64,000 nt of DNA, from NCBI GenBank assembly GCA_000165425.1, contig CT868018.1:199204-263203 (forward strand), in the 5' to 3' direction. The stretch is from Paramecium tetraurelia. Taxonomy: Eukaryota. A model generated the notes under the pieces. It was not told the DNA's origin, searched no databases, and was given only the letters and a program-made list of their open reading frames with translations. Shown here one piece after another: positions 1-14,543 of this stretch (position 1 is its first letter; the number at the start of each line of letters is the position of its first letter). The translations under genes and the position numbers were made by a program.

Positions 1-1768
<1,768 letters not shown>

Positions 1769-1933
1769 ACAATCAATCATATTAATAAATCAATATACAA
1801 TATTCTTATTATTATAAATACTACGCTAAGAAGGTTTAAGAAGTTATACAATTTGTGATTTAAAAACATCGCCATTAATTGCATTATGAGACTTAATAAA
1901 ATTGTGGATATCATATATATTAATTTAATTTTA

Positions 1934-4132
1934 ATGATAAATAGTAATGAAGTTTCTCCTGTTAAAATGTCCTAAGGTATTAATTGATGTTTATATCCCA
2001 GAGTAGAAGCAGGATATTATGAGATCGATTTTGAAAGAAGAATCAATGATAAATATCACCTTAAAACCAATTGAATAGGAGGTGTTCTTGACTGAGGATC
2101 CATAAGTAGCACTGATTAAATTGAAATGTTTCTAAGAACTGATCAACAAAGAGAGGTAACATATGGAGTTGATTGTAGATTAGCGTATGCAGAACATCTA
2201 GCAGAGGTCTTTGAAATGATTGGAGATGATGCATATAGAAATCTAGGATTTATTCTTAAGCAATTCGTAATTGTTGTGTAATACTTATTTGCAAGGTTCA
2301 AGATTCCTATTCAATCTAATTGTCTATTATTCGATAGTTGCCTCTACTTGTAGAACAAATTAAGAAACGATAATCTGGATATGCGGAATTGAAAGATCAT
2401 GTTCTGCCATTTATGAATATATTCATCATGCACGAAGACTTTGATGTAAACATATCCCATCAGACTTAGATTAAAAAAGAAGTTCTGACCCAACTAATTA
2501 AGATAGCACCCTTTTTAATCGAATAAGATAAAGTTGATACCATCTTAGCACACTTAATTGAGATGGCTCACGATGAAAAAAATAACTAAAATCGTATGTT
2601 GGCAGCTACAACCTTTGGTTAAACGGCCTCTCTCTTTTCTATGAAATATTGTGAGTCTTATATTTGCGGAGAACTCTTAGCTCTTGGTATAGATTTAAAT
2701 GAATTTGTAAGAGAAAAAGCTATAGAATAATTACCAAATTTATCAGTATGTCTCTCTGAAAAATGCATAGAACTCAAAATTATACCGTTCTTTCTTTAGT
2801 AATATTAAATCTCTATTCTAGATCTTGTGAAGACAGACTCTTGTAAATTAAATTTGCTTGCATCAGATCTATTTCAGGTATTTCAAAATACGCCAGACAT
2901 AACTTAAAGACTACAAAATTAATACCAAAATATTTGGACTTTATTTCTGATTAAAATAAAGAAGTCAGAAAGACTGCATATGAATATTTAGGTGAGTTCA
3001 TCAGTACGATTAAATTTACTGACAAGGATTAGCAATAACTTGAAACCTTATTGGCATACTACTAAAATCAATTGGATAAGAACATGAACATGATGGGTGT
3101 TGATGTAAGTTCAATTTCAATGATATTTTAAGCTTGTTTATAAATGTGCTTACTATTTTCCAGGAGTGCTATAAGCAATTGGCCGAGCTCGTTGGCTCAA
3201 GATTCAGCCTTTGTATGGATTTCTCCTGAAATACCCTTCAGATGTAATTAAATATCTAGTTTAGAAAGTTAGAATTTCCTTATCTCAGAGTTTTCATGAA
3301 GTGGCTAAATTGTTGGGTCCCGACTTGTCCAAAGAATATTTGATCACTGTTCTAGAAACATTAGCATAAGATAAATTGTAAGAAGTCAGAAATGGCATAG
3401 TAGTAAATCTGTCTAAATTTATATCTATCTTTCCTATTGAAGAAAGAGACTATGTCATTGAATCTATTTACTAAACTTTTTAAGAAAGACTAACATAAAT
3501 GGCGAACTCGCCAGACTATTTGTACTTCCATATTTCCAATCACCAGGTGTTTTAATAATGATACCATCTTTTTTTAAATTGCCCCAATTCTATTTAAGTT
3601 TTGCTCAGATACAGTTGCTAAAGTAAGAAGGAAGGCTTCTAAAAATGTTGTTCATTTGGTTGAGACATTTGAAGAGGAAGGAGAATAAAGAACTGTTATT
3701 CTTGAATAAATTAGAGCATTCTCACATTCTAAGAAGTTCAATCAAAGACAATCTTATTGTTGGATGTGCTATAAATTATTTTATAGACCAGATTTTGAAG
3801 ATCTATTTTTTGAAAGACTCTTTGAATTATGCAGAGATCCTGTATAATGTGTAAGATTATCAGCTATTACAGTTATTGATAAATTCATATAAAAAGAAAG
3901 TTTCTCAAAAGAACGCAAATATTTAAAATATCTATTGGTTCAATTTATTGATGATCAATGCAAAGAAGTTTAATAAATTCTAACTAAATATAATTTTGTC
4001 ATCTAAAAAACCAAAAAAAAGACTCTCTCCTGTAGATCACGCAATAGCGGATCTTCAAATGGTCATTTGGAAGACATTCCAGAATTTGATGAGAAAATTG
4101 AACAGATTCGTAAGACATCTGGTAAAGTTTGA
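1934..4132 (+). CDS. HEAT-repeat protein, protein phosphatase 4 regulatory subunit 1 (PP4R1)/PP2A-A-like, multi-intron
   Basis: Repeated D...VR HEAT turns (DKLQEVRNG, DTVAKVRRKA, DPVQCVRLSA) and a YKCAYYFPGVL..IG..RW segment typical of PP4R1; several tiny introns; TGA at 4130-4132. Confidence 0.8.
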
Positions 4133-4282
4133 TTTTATTATAATCAATTTAAATTCCAACTCTAATTATAACATTAAAATTGATCAAAATTCATAGATAA
4201 ATCAAGTAAGTATTTTTGAAATCTTGTTTAATTTGTAGTGCTTATACTATATTTGTGTGCATAATCCATAAATTATATAAGT

Positions 4283-5879
4283 TCATTAATTCTTTTCCCC
4301 AGATTCCATTTTAGTTGTTTTAAATTTAGATATCAATATAAATCCTATTCTACTATCAGAAATTTGATTAGAAAATTCATTACTAATTTATAATCAATTT
4401 TAACATCTTAACTCCAATAACTCAACACTACCTACGCTGACTTATTAAACACACTCAAACTTACAGAAGATTAAAACACAGCCAATTCTAAGTAAATCCT
4501 TGATCTTTAGAATAAATTGATGGATTCACAAATATAATACAAAGAAGAAATGACTAAAATTATGCAGATTCTTGAAAAGACAAAAGAAAAAGTATTTGTT
4601 TTTTTAAACATTAATTAAGTCTGCTCATGAGTAAGACCTATTTAAAAACAGAATGCTTGAAAAGGATGATATTTTGAATGAAGCCAAAAAATAATTCGAA
4701 TAAACTACTAAATAATTTGAAAAGTATTTACTCATTGTATTTATATCAAAGTGAAAATGCTGCTCTCATTACTTAACTATCATATGACATAAAATTACTG
4801 TTTTATCTATAAGCTAACAAGACTCTCAAAGAATAGCCTAAGAAAATCTGTGATCTTGAACTCAAAATCAAAGACTTAAATCCAAATTGCAAGAAAGCAA
4901 TAGACAATATATAAATCGCTAGAGTATTCTAAACAATTAGACATTGAAGTAACAGTATACCTTACTATCTATAGCTAAAAAATCTATTCAAGCATCCTCA
5001 AAGCATTAGGAATAATTAATATTCAATGATGAAGAATTATAAAAATCTAAATAGCTTTAACAAAGAATTCTTTAAGATAATTCTTACTCAAAGTTGAAAT
5101 TAGAGTCTTTTTTGTAGATGAATTCTAAAAGCAAGTCAAATGAATTAGAGAATCTCAAAAATCAAATCCTAGAGAAAGATTAAGAAATCGAATTACTAAA
5201 ATAGTAATAGAAATCAATGGCAACCCAATTGAAGATTAGTTAAGGCTATGCAACTAGATTCAAACAAAGAAATAAGCAATTAGAAATGGAAAATACAGAA
5301 CTATTGAAATCTAAGGATAACTTAGAAACTCTGTTCTTAGAAATACTTGATCAAACCAAATAAAATCAAATGTAAAGAATTAATAGTTACAATTTTCATG
5401 AAATCATTCCTTATATTATATCAGCTTTATCGAATAATCCTACTAAGTATTAAATGAATTTACTCACATAAAGAAATAATTATATGCAAGAAAACACCTC
5501 AACTCATTCACAAGAAAACAGATCGTCAAGTCAAAAATCCAATAACACTACTCCCAATAAAGTGGCTAAAACAAGAGATGTGTCCTTTAAACGAACCATC
5601 CTAGTGAGTGGATCGAAAAAAACTACTCATTCAGTTTCTTAAGAAAATATTAATTCTAAATAATCTAATAAAGCACTCAATGAAATACAAGAACCTGATG
5701 AAAGCTAATAATAAAATAAATCGTAATCTTCACAGGAGCCTTAAGAGTAGTAAATATTGCAAGACTAACAGCAAAGTTTATAATAACAACAGGAGCACAA
5801 AGAAGATCAAATATATGAAGACTAAGAAAACAATGAAGAAGTTGCAGATTTCATTGATGACGATAATGATCTTAAATGA
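4283..5879 (+). CDS. Hypothetical coiled-coil protein; 5' end uncertain (first in-frame ATG at 4520)
   Basis: Long Q/E/K/L-rich frame in code 6 with tiny introns near 4592, 4723 and 4948, ending DDDNDLK-TGA (5877-5879). Confidence 0.7.
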
Positions 5880-7240
5880 CATCTATTTAATTGATAAAGT
5901 ATTATTATAAAATCCTCTACTATGTTCCTATTACAAATCATGTCTAACATCAATTTTAAATCTAATATTTTATATTTATCTAATGTTATTTGATAAATTA
6001 TCAAACAAGATTATTTGAATAAATTCCAAGATTTGATTAGAACAGAACTAAAGGTTTAAGGTAAATATTTGTGATCGAATCTAAGTATATTAGATGGCTA
6101 GAATTATATACCGAGAATTCCAAATAAAGTTTATATAAATAATATTTTATTTTCACTTATTCAGCTTTACTTTTTTATTTATGGAGTCTGGTATAATAAA
6201 AGGTTTGTACATAATATCTTCAAGTTCTTTCATAGCATCCTCATCAAATTCACAATTGCAATATAATAAATCAGTAATATCATGTTTAGTAAAATTAATT
6301 ACTTTTTTTTAGGTATATTTTTAATATTTTTTTTCAACAACTTTTTTAAGTAATTCTATGATTTCATCTGCAGTACTTGCACTTTTTTCTAATTTATCAA
6401 GTAAATCTACAGCAACATATAAGAAATGATATTTGTTTCTATTTTAATCGCATTTTTGATTATTATTATTTGAATTAGTACTGGATTTAGGAAGAAGTTA
6501 TTGTTTTAACTGTTGATAATCTTTTAATTGAGATTCAGATTAATCTTTTGACTGAAGATCATTTTTTGAAAAATCTAGAAGATTGATCCAATTGATGGAC
6601 AACAATTTGTAACATTCTTTTAATTTACTTTTGCATTTAACTTTTTAATTGTGGAATAATTAGCTGGCAATAATATTGAAATAATTAGTATCTGATGTGT
6701 GTTCTTTTTTTTGAAAGAATGAATTGAATTTCTTATCAACGTCCTAAACCATGTTTCTTTCAACTTCATAAATTACCTCCTCGATTTTTTTTCTGCATTC
6801 TTAGATCTTACTTGGTTATTCTAGAATTGGTTATTTGGTATCAGAAGAAGTATTGTACTGAAAAAAAATTTCTAATTCTCTCAAAGCTATTATTGCCATA
6901 TCATATTTTATTTATTTAGTGTTCCTCATCAATGCTCCTTTTTTAATTTTACCTTGTATAAATTCTTCATTAAGATCCTTTACTTACTCCTTAATTTCAA
7001 CTTAATGGTCTTTATCATAATTCTATGGTGAAGCTTTATAATAATTGGCATTTGTAAGTGTAGGATCTTAGTTCATTTATTAATAGATCGGTGGAGGTTC
7101 TTATTCATTTTCATCATCAATTTTCATCATCCATTTTATCATCAATTTCATAATCAAAAACCCAATTTTAAAATATTTACTATCCTGTTTTTACCAATTA
7201 TTCATTATTAATATTCTCACTTTAACTTTTCCTATCGATT

Positions 7241-7470
7241 TCCTCTATCATCCAATCAATTTCCTATATCTTTTCATAATCTTCCTCTATCATCCTATCA
7301 ATTTCCTATATCTTTTCATAATCTTCCTTTATCTTCCTATCAATTTCATATATCTTTTCATAATCTTCCTTTATCTTCCTATCAATTTCATATATCTTTT
7401 CATAATCTTCCTTTATCTTCCTATCAATTTCATATATCTTTTCATAATCTTCCTTTAACATCCTATAACT
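7241..7470. repeat. 42-bp tandem repeat (~5 copies) encoding EDYEKIYEIDRKIK on the minus strand
   Basis: Unit aatcttcctttatcttcctatcaatttcatatatcttttcat repeats near-perfectly, and the flanking copies are diverged. Confidence 0.93.
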
Positions 7471-7766
7471 TTCCTTTAGCTAATAATAATTTTCCTCTCG
7501 AATGCTTTCACTTTTCATTATTCTCGATTATATTTCCTCTATCTTCAACAACTATATATAATTTATATTACCTATATTTCCTCAACCTTTCTTTCACCTT
7601 CCTCTTTCATTCCATCAATCATAGTTATTATTTTCTATATCTTCCTTTTACATTCCTCTCTCATCCTTTTAATTTCCTTTTCAAGTTCCTATCCAATTAT
7701 CTATAGGCCCTTGAAGTAACATATTTCCTCCTTCTTAAGCGGCTAGAAAGTGTTAAACCCATTGAA

Positions 7767-7806
7767 AATCAATTAATAAATCAATTAATAAATCAATTAA
7801 TAAATC
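7767..7806. repeat. 12-bp tandem repeat x3 (aatcaattaata)
   Basis: Three exact copies plus a partial copy; reads IYQL x3 in the minus-strand frame. Confidence 0.9.
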
Positions 7807-7913
7807 CATGTTTTGGGCAGTGAAATGGCTTAATATAATTTTCATAATACTCATTAAAACATTAAACCTTTTGATAATGCGTATTTATTAAATATACTAA
7901 ACTATTTTATAAT

Positions 7914-8722
7914 TCATTTTGTAATAACAACAGAAAAAGCCATTTCTTTTTCTTCTAGCAACTCTTTCAAAGTTTTGTCAATCATACACTATAGGAATTG
8001 ATCCAATTTCAAACCTTCAACAACTTTGACTTTCCATCTTAGCAAATGCATGGGAATGAAAATCAAACTTATTCTTTGATTCCAAATAACTTTCCATCTG
8101 TAACAACTCCCATGGAGACAAATATCCTGTGAATATAAATAGATGAATTACCCATTATCAGTTCCAATGAGCCAGTCATGAATATGATCACAAACAGCAC
8201 TTGCAGCAGATGCAGCCGAGAATGCCTTTCTCTTTTAAATAATGGCTCCACCTCTCTTGGCCACCTATTCAACGAATGCCTATTAGAGCGAAGCATCATT
8301 AGCCACAAGTCCTCGAACACTAAAATAGTGGAGTAGATTAATACGTTTATGAAATTCCATTCTATTACACAGTTTCTTGCTTGACTGACATCAGCAAATT
8401 GATTAGTGTTATGATTACCCCAAATGATAATGTTTCTAACATCCTCAACATTGGCACTGACCCTTTAGGCAATGATGGATTGAGCTCTCTTTTAACCTAG
8501 ACGAGTGAGTGCTGTGAAATTAGATTTTGGTATGTTTGATGCGAATTAAGCTCTGATTAAGGCATTGGTATTGGCAGGATTTCCTACAACCAAAACCTTA
8601 AGAATTTTGCTAGAGTACTTTTATAATGCCTCTCCTTACTTCTTGAAGATATGAGCATTAGCAGCTAACAAGTCCTTTCTTTCCATGCCTGGTCCTCTTG
8701 GTTTTGCACCAACCAAGATAGT
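7914..8722 (-). pseudogene. MDH: Cytosolic-type malate dehydrogenase pseudogene
   Basis: [36 protein letters not shown] and SAASAASAVCDH are recognisable. The N-terminal GAAGQI region and start codon are absent, LTRLD is changed to LTRLG, there is an in-frame TGA at 8063-8065, and frameshifts occur near 8375, 8030 and 7945. Confidence 0.92.
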
Positions 8723-8959
8723 TATAATTTTAATGATAATTTTTTGTTAATAATATGAAATATAAATTCGTTATGAACAATATTTGAAGAAAACAGTATT
8801 CAAAATTTAATATTTTTTAGTATATCATCAATTTTGTTTGAGATAAATCTATTATTCTAATCAATATATTTGAATTATCCATTTTTTTCTTCCAAATCAT
8901 TGATATCTTAAAATAATTTACTTTCCAAAATACGTTTGTTTATTGAGAATTTGGATTAA

Positions 8960-9800
8960 AGAAAAGACTATAATTATTAATAGGAATCTCTCTTCTATTG
9001 TGAAGTAAACAAATTCTAAACCTCAATTTCCTTGTCTATATTATAAAAAATAATACTTAGAAGTTTGATCCTCGAACTTTTCATGGATTCTTGTAGTCCT
9101 TAAAATTATGATTCATGAACTTTACGAAACATTTCCTCAAGCTTGTTCAGAAATTCTATAAGCATCTAAAGGAAATTCGAATCAAGTTTGCTTCTCTTAA
9201 CAATAGTTCTATTATCAGAAGTGTAAGTAAATTATTTATAGATTTTTTTGAATAATTGTTCAGAAGAAACAAGGTCTTTAATTTTTGCATCAACAAAAAG
9301 AAATGAAAGATCATGAAAACGTGAATTTGAATGAATTTCTTTTTCGATTAACGAAGTTAAGCCTTTCTCACTTTTATATTGCTTTAATTCATTTATGATG
9401 TATGAAATCTAGTTTAATATCTACATTAGGTTGGTTTCTTTAAATGAAATTTATCGTATTTATGTTGAAACATCCATGCATTAACTTTGCAACATTGCTC
9501 TTTTGTTTGGAACAAATGTGCATAAAGAGTTTTTCTCTTGCCTAAAAGACTTTCTCAAAGCTAATTCAGAACTCTGGTTATCCAAATTTAATTTATTATT
9601 AAGAAGTGTTCCCAATGCTTATTTCGATTTTAGTGATTAATGCAGGATAGATTGTTATGAACTTTACGAAATTTGAATGATATTAGTACTTTTAACCATA
9701 GAAAACGATTTCTTAGGTGAAAGTGAAGGAAATTCTTAATTAGACCTTTCTTATGATTCTCGTTAAGATTTTATCATACCTTATATAATTTAAGGAGTGA
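8960..9800 (+). pseudogene. Probable degraded coding remnant of unknown family
   Basis: Protein-like segments (MNFTKHFLKLVQKFYKHLKEIRIKF..., YEIQFNIYIRLVSLNEIYRIYVETSMHQLC...) lie in alternating frames interrupted by TGA, with no GT-AG intron that joins them. Confidence 0.4.
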
Positions 9801-9927
9801 AAATATTAATAATTTTATAAAAATACTAAAAAAAGGATAGTATATTTATTTTCAATTCAATAGATATCAAAAAACAACTATTCTTGGTGATAAATACCAT
9901 TAATTAATTGATTTAATCATATATTTT

Positions 9928-12086
9928 TCAGAAATTAAAACAACCATTTGAATAATCATTAAAAACACTTTCTATAGAGAAGGCTTCTAAAATGAGTAGG
10001 TGCTTTTAAGATATATTAAATAAGTTAAAAATGAATATTTCATTTAAGGCTGAAAATCTTACTTTCTTATTGCATTCTTCGAAATTTTGTTCTTGATATG
10101 AGATTATTACTTTTCGGAGTTAAGATTTTAGCATTAGAATTGATAGTTATTGGCTATAATAATTACTGATAGAGTTATGTTCCTCTAATCGATCCATTTG
10201 ACATCAAAGTAGTTAATATTTGCTCAGAATGAGTCAGCAAGATCAATTTTTTTTATAATAGATTTTTCAGATTGCAATTTTTTTATTAGAGCAATAGCAT
10301 ATCTTTCAAAGAGTCATTAGATTATATCCTCTTTAACAGATTACTTTATAAAGAAAATTTGGATTCAGATTCTTTCAATTTTTGTTGATGAGAATCATTG
10401 GTGATTAAACCAATATTAGGAAGCTAATCTTTAATATATGGAAATGAGGACTCTTTTAGATTGAGATCTTTAATTTCTTGCAATCTTGCTGATTAATAAG
10501 CTAATGGCCTTAAAGTTATTCTATCCAGAGATTTTTATTAAAGGTTTCTGTTTGATAAAGTAGACTTTTAGATATCCATGTTTTAAATATCAAATTATGA
10601 TGTTGGAGGCTCAATTGTTTGATGTGGAATATTTTGAAATCTATGATTTGACTATGACTTTTCACTTTGATCTTACAACTTTTAAGTATTTATTTTTCTA
10701 TAATTTCTACCAGTGCTTTAATCTAGTAATTCAGACTATTAGAAATCAAGTGATTTAAGAGATTATTTAATTAATCTTTACTCTAATTTATTAAAAGATT
10801 CGTTTTAATTGAATCGAAAATTCTTCTATGTTTCCACACATTTCATTGCAGAATCTTAAAGATACTATTGTGATATGTTTAAGGACTTAGCCTTTGGAGT
10901 TACACGTTTGCTGTCACATTACTCTTAATTAGATATAGGATGAATTTCTTGAGATTCTTGTTCCTTTATTTGGTTAAATATTTGAGACTCAATTACTCTG
11001 ATTGATTAGAAGGGAGTAATTTTAGGAGAGAAATCAACAAAGCTTTGAGAATTTAAAAGTTTGAGATTTGTATCAATTTAACTTTAGATCAGTTTTTTGT
11101 CACATAATTATTTGATTTAAACACAAAATAGTTTTTTAATTTCCTTAAGAGAAGTATCTGTATGGTCATCTTCAGACTTAATTTCAAATTATTTGATTTT
11201 ATTTGAATACCTTTTAATTGTATATTATACCAGTGAATTCCTTTACATGAGCTTATTTAATTTATGCTCGAAGCTATTTGTTAAGGATTCATAATTAAGG
11301 ATTGGTTGGATGAGATTGGAATTCATGAATTAAAAAGGAGGAATGTCTTCTAAACTTGTTATGCTAGATGAGAGTTAATTATTTTGGTGTCTTGCAGTTG
11401 TCTTGTGTATGTGCAGTTTTAAATTAAGGATTAAGTACGGTGCCATGAAATCATTGTTCTTGGGAAAGAAATATTTCTCTTGAATGGTTTAAATGTAGTC
11501 TAAATCTATTTTAGAATTCATTAATTTGGGCATAATTGGTTCATCTATAAGTTTTATGGATTTAGTGATTTTGGATACATCTAAATTAAGACGAGTCTAC
11601 CTTAATCAATAATAGTGTTACTCTTTGTTATTTGAAAACCTCCTCAATTGTGACTCCACCAAAATTGATTTGTTTGACGACATTAACAAACTTTATATGT
11701 TCTTTAATTTATAGAGCTGAATTTGCTGGGAAGTGAAATTTGAAGTAAGAAAAGGTTAAATTGGCTATTTATAGAAAACAATTCTGAAAATAGTCTAAAT
11801 CTTATTATGGCCATCTTTCTGTTTTTAGAATTCTATTTTCAGATTTTTGGTTTTGAGAATCAATTTTTTAAATTTGTATGTCTTAATCGGTTGTGTTCTC
11901 TGTTATCTAAAGCATTTTAGATAGTAAAATTAGATGTTCTCTTTTTAGAAATAAAGACACTATCTTTGCTTTCATGTAAATATAAAATTATATTTAATTC
12001 TTGGATAATAGTGACTATATGCAAAATGAATTACATGGATAATTGAGAAGATGGATCCAATTATATGTTAGAATGACATCTGCCAT
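9928..12086 (-). CDS. Hypothetical protein (alternative start at 11975)
   Basis: Open code-6 frame from MADVILTYNW with introns near 11600-11620 and 11210-11231; low-complexity S/Q/K middle; ends DYSNGCFNF-TGA. Confidence 0.75.
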
Positions 12087-12158
12087 TCTTTTCGAATTTA
12101 CTTCTTAGATAGAGAGTGAATAATTCCTATTTTGAAATATTAAATTAAATAAAAAATT

Positions 12159-12535
12159 ATGAGATCGAATTCAACAGCATATACACCTTAGAATCCAGAG
12201 ATCTTCCACAAAGGACACATCCATTTCTTTGATTTATTGTCTTCGTTTCATGGGTTGGAAGATCAACCAGACTATCCAGTTTAATAATAAACCATTTAGG
12301 ATAAGCTTAGACATTAATACCTTCATGATAACAATTGGGAAGAGAGTATCAAGCAATTAATTATCATTTAGAATTGTGTTATAGAACATGCTTCAAAATT
12401 TAAGAAAAAGATTACGTATAATTCTGTTTGGATAAGAAATGCTCAGGCGCACCTTATTTGAAGGCTGCTCAAGTTTTGGGATATGTAAAATCTGGAAATC
12501 CAACACCTAAAGCTCATGGACACCATCATCATTGA
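12159..12535 (+). CDS. Small (~116 aa) twin-cysteine-motif protein with His-rich tail, probably mitochondrial
   Basis: One 26-nt intron; the product contains CYRTC...CLDKKC and ends KAHGHHHH-TGA. Confidence 0.85.
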
Positions 12536-12788
12536 TCAGGCATTAATACATAAACAATAAATTTATCAAAATTATGGTATTCTTTAGGAATTCATATAAA
12601 TATCTTTTTTCGCTTATTTATTTGTAATATTGCTTATTTCGATCATTTTTATTGTAGCAACTGAAATCATCAATGTCTGATCAGGCCATAACAATTAAAA
12701 TCAAGAGAATGTAGTTCATTTCCCTGCATTAATAGAAGTAGGAAAATTGAATTATTAATAATAATAATGAGTTTAATTATTTATAATA

Positions 12789-14543
12789 ATGAGGAATATA
12801 TTTAGTTATTTTTATGGAACGCCAGTATTCTTTATTTTAATGCATAGGCTAATAAACCAGGGACTGAATTGAAGATGGACCAAACATACGAAACATTTAA
12901 TTTTGAATTTACCTCAAATGAGCATGTTCCAATTTATGAAAAATGGACGAAAGGAGAAGAACAAGAATATATAGGTGTGTATATAAAATAAATTAGACAT
13001 CAAATTGCAAGCAATAGAAAACATTTATTTAGATAACTATGACTAATAGCTAAAACAACCAGAAGAAATTAATCTAATAAATTATATAGTTTAAGAGAAT
13101 GATACTCTATTCGGACTGGAACTCAAATTTAATATTAAGTATTGAAGTCTTTTCATGTTAAGCTAAAACAGAATATTGTAGTTAAATGACATATCTCCAG
13201 AGTGTTTTGTACCTGGGATGAGAATTAAACTCCCCAATCCACAGGAATAAGAAATCTAGTAAGATTAAACAGAAAATGATCTTAATACTCTTAATCAGAA
13301 CCAATCCTCATATTTTGGGAGAAACTTGATGGATGAAATAATGTCTAAGGGATAAACAAAGAAATGTATGTAATTCACATATGAATCAAATTAGTTAATG
13401 TGTTTTATTTGACCCATTATGGATGCATAGAAGGAATATTAACAATAAATAATGATGTTATTCTCTTTGATCCTAGTTTCATCGATCAAAATAAAGAAAT
13501 TGTTAAAAGAAGTCAAAGTAATAAATATTATTAGATAAAAGAATAAAGCATACTTAATTTTTAAGCTTGTATGATGACAAAAGATGTGCGATCTGTAGAT
13601 TTAAATGAGTTGCCAATGAGGATTGCAAAAAGTTCGAATAAGTGTTTTAAGGATTATGTCATCCTCATTCATGTAAATTCTAATGTGACGACTAAAAAGT
13701 TGGTTGAGATTATTCCTATTTTGAGTTTCAGAGTATGTTTTGAACCCTATGATAGATATAAAATGATTAAAATCAAAAGGAACATATCCAATTGAGTGTT
13801 GATTTATATGAAACTCTAAAACAAGTAGTGAGAACCAAATCTTAAAAAATGTTAGAAGACTTATAATAATCAAAAGAACAAAATCTAACTATCATCCCCT
13901 TTTATGATATTCAAGACTCTTTATTAACTGAAAAACTATTGAAAAGGACAAATAATTTATGGGGAGCATAGGATTATTTGCCACAGATGATGTAATAATC
14001 ATAAATTTGTGATAATGATGAGTTAATATAAGTAAGCCTATTCTAATTATATTTCAGATTATAGCTCATGTTCCATCAATCTACAAAACTTCAAATTGGA
14101 AATTGATTTTCTCTAATGTTATTAATGGTTCATCTTTTCACACATTACTTCATAAATGTGAAAACAGTTCACCATTAATATTGGTAATCAAAGATGTGCA
14201 TGAATGCAAATTTGGAGCCTATTTAAATGAATCTCTAAAATTAACATTTGGGAAGTTCTTTGGCAATGGTGAAACATTTTTATGGACTTTAAAAGTATTT
14301 ATTCAATGTTGATGGTAGGAAAACGAATTTAAAGCATACAGATGGGCAGAAATAAACAACTATTTTATATTTTGTGAATCAGATGGATTTGCTATCGGAT
14401 GTGGAGATTAATTTGGTCTCTACATTAATCAATCCTTAACAGCAGGGAATACAAACAAATGCGAGACTTATAAAAATGAAATATTAACACTCACTAATGA
14501 TTTTAGTATTAAAATACTTGAAATATGGAGTTTAAGTGAATGA
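12789..14543 (+). CDS. OXR1/NCOA7-like protein with LysM-like and C-terminal TLDc domains
   Basis: YIVQENDTLFGLELKFN is LysM-like. WKLIFS..NGSSFHTLL, KFGAY, FFGNGETFLW, GCGDQFGLYI and CETYKNEIL..EIW are TLDc hallmarks. Multiple tiny introns. Confidence 0.9.

Larger units (their letters stand above)
6153..7854 (-). pseudogene. Hypothetical repeat-containing gene, apparently frameshifted (possible pseudogene or two ORFs)
   Basis: Minus-strand frame runs from ATG 7854 through a 22-nt and a 20-nt intron and a 14-aa repeat, then hits TGA at a 13-bp tandem duplication (~7107-7131). A shifted frame continues open to TGA at 6153. Confidence 0.55.

Noticed and set aside
7241..7470. Regular repeat array as a possible CRISPR
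   Set aside because: The units are contiguous with no unique spacers, are a multiple of three and coding, and there are no cas genes; the context is eukaryotic.
8063..8065. In-frame TGA in MDH as selenocysteine or readthrough
   Set aside because: It co-occurs with frameshifts, truncation and a catalytic mutation, and there is no room for a SECIS; decay explains it.
12019..12135. 38-codon plus-strand ORF MQNELHG...
   Set aside because: It overlaps antisense the likely N-terminus of the 9928-12086 gene, and such ORFs arise easily when TGA is the only stop.
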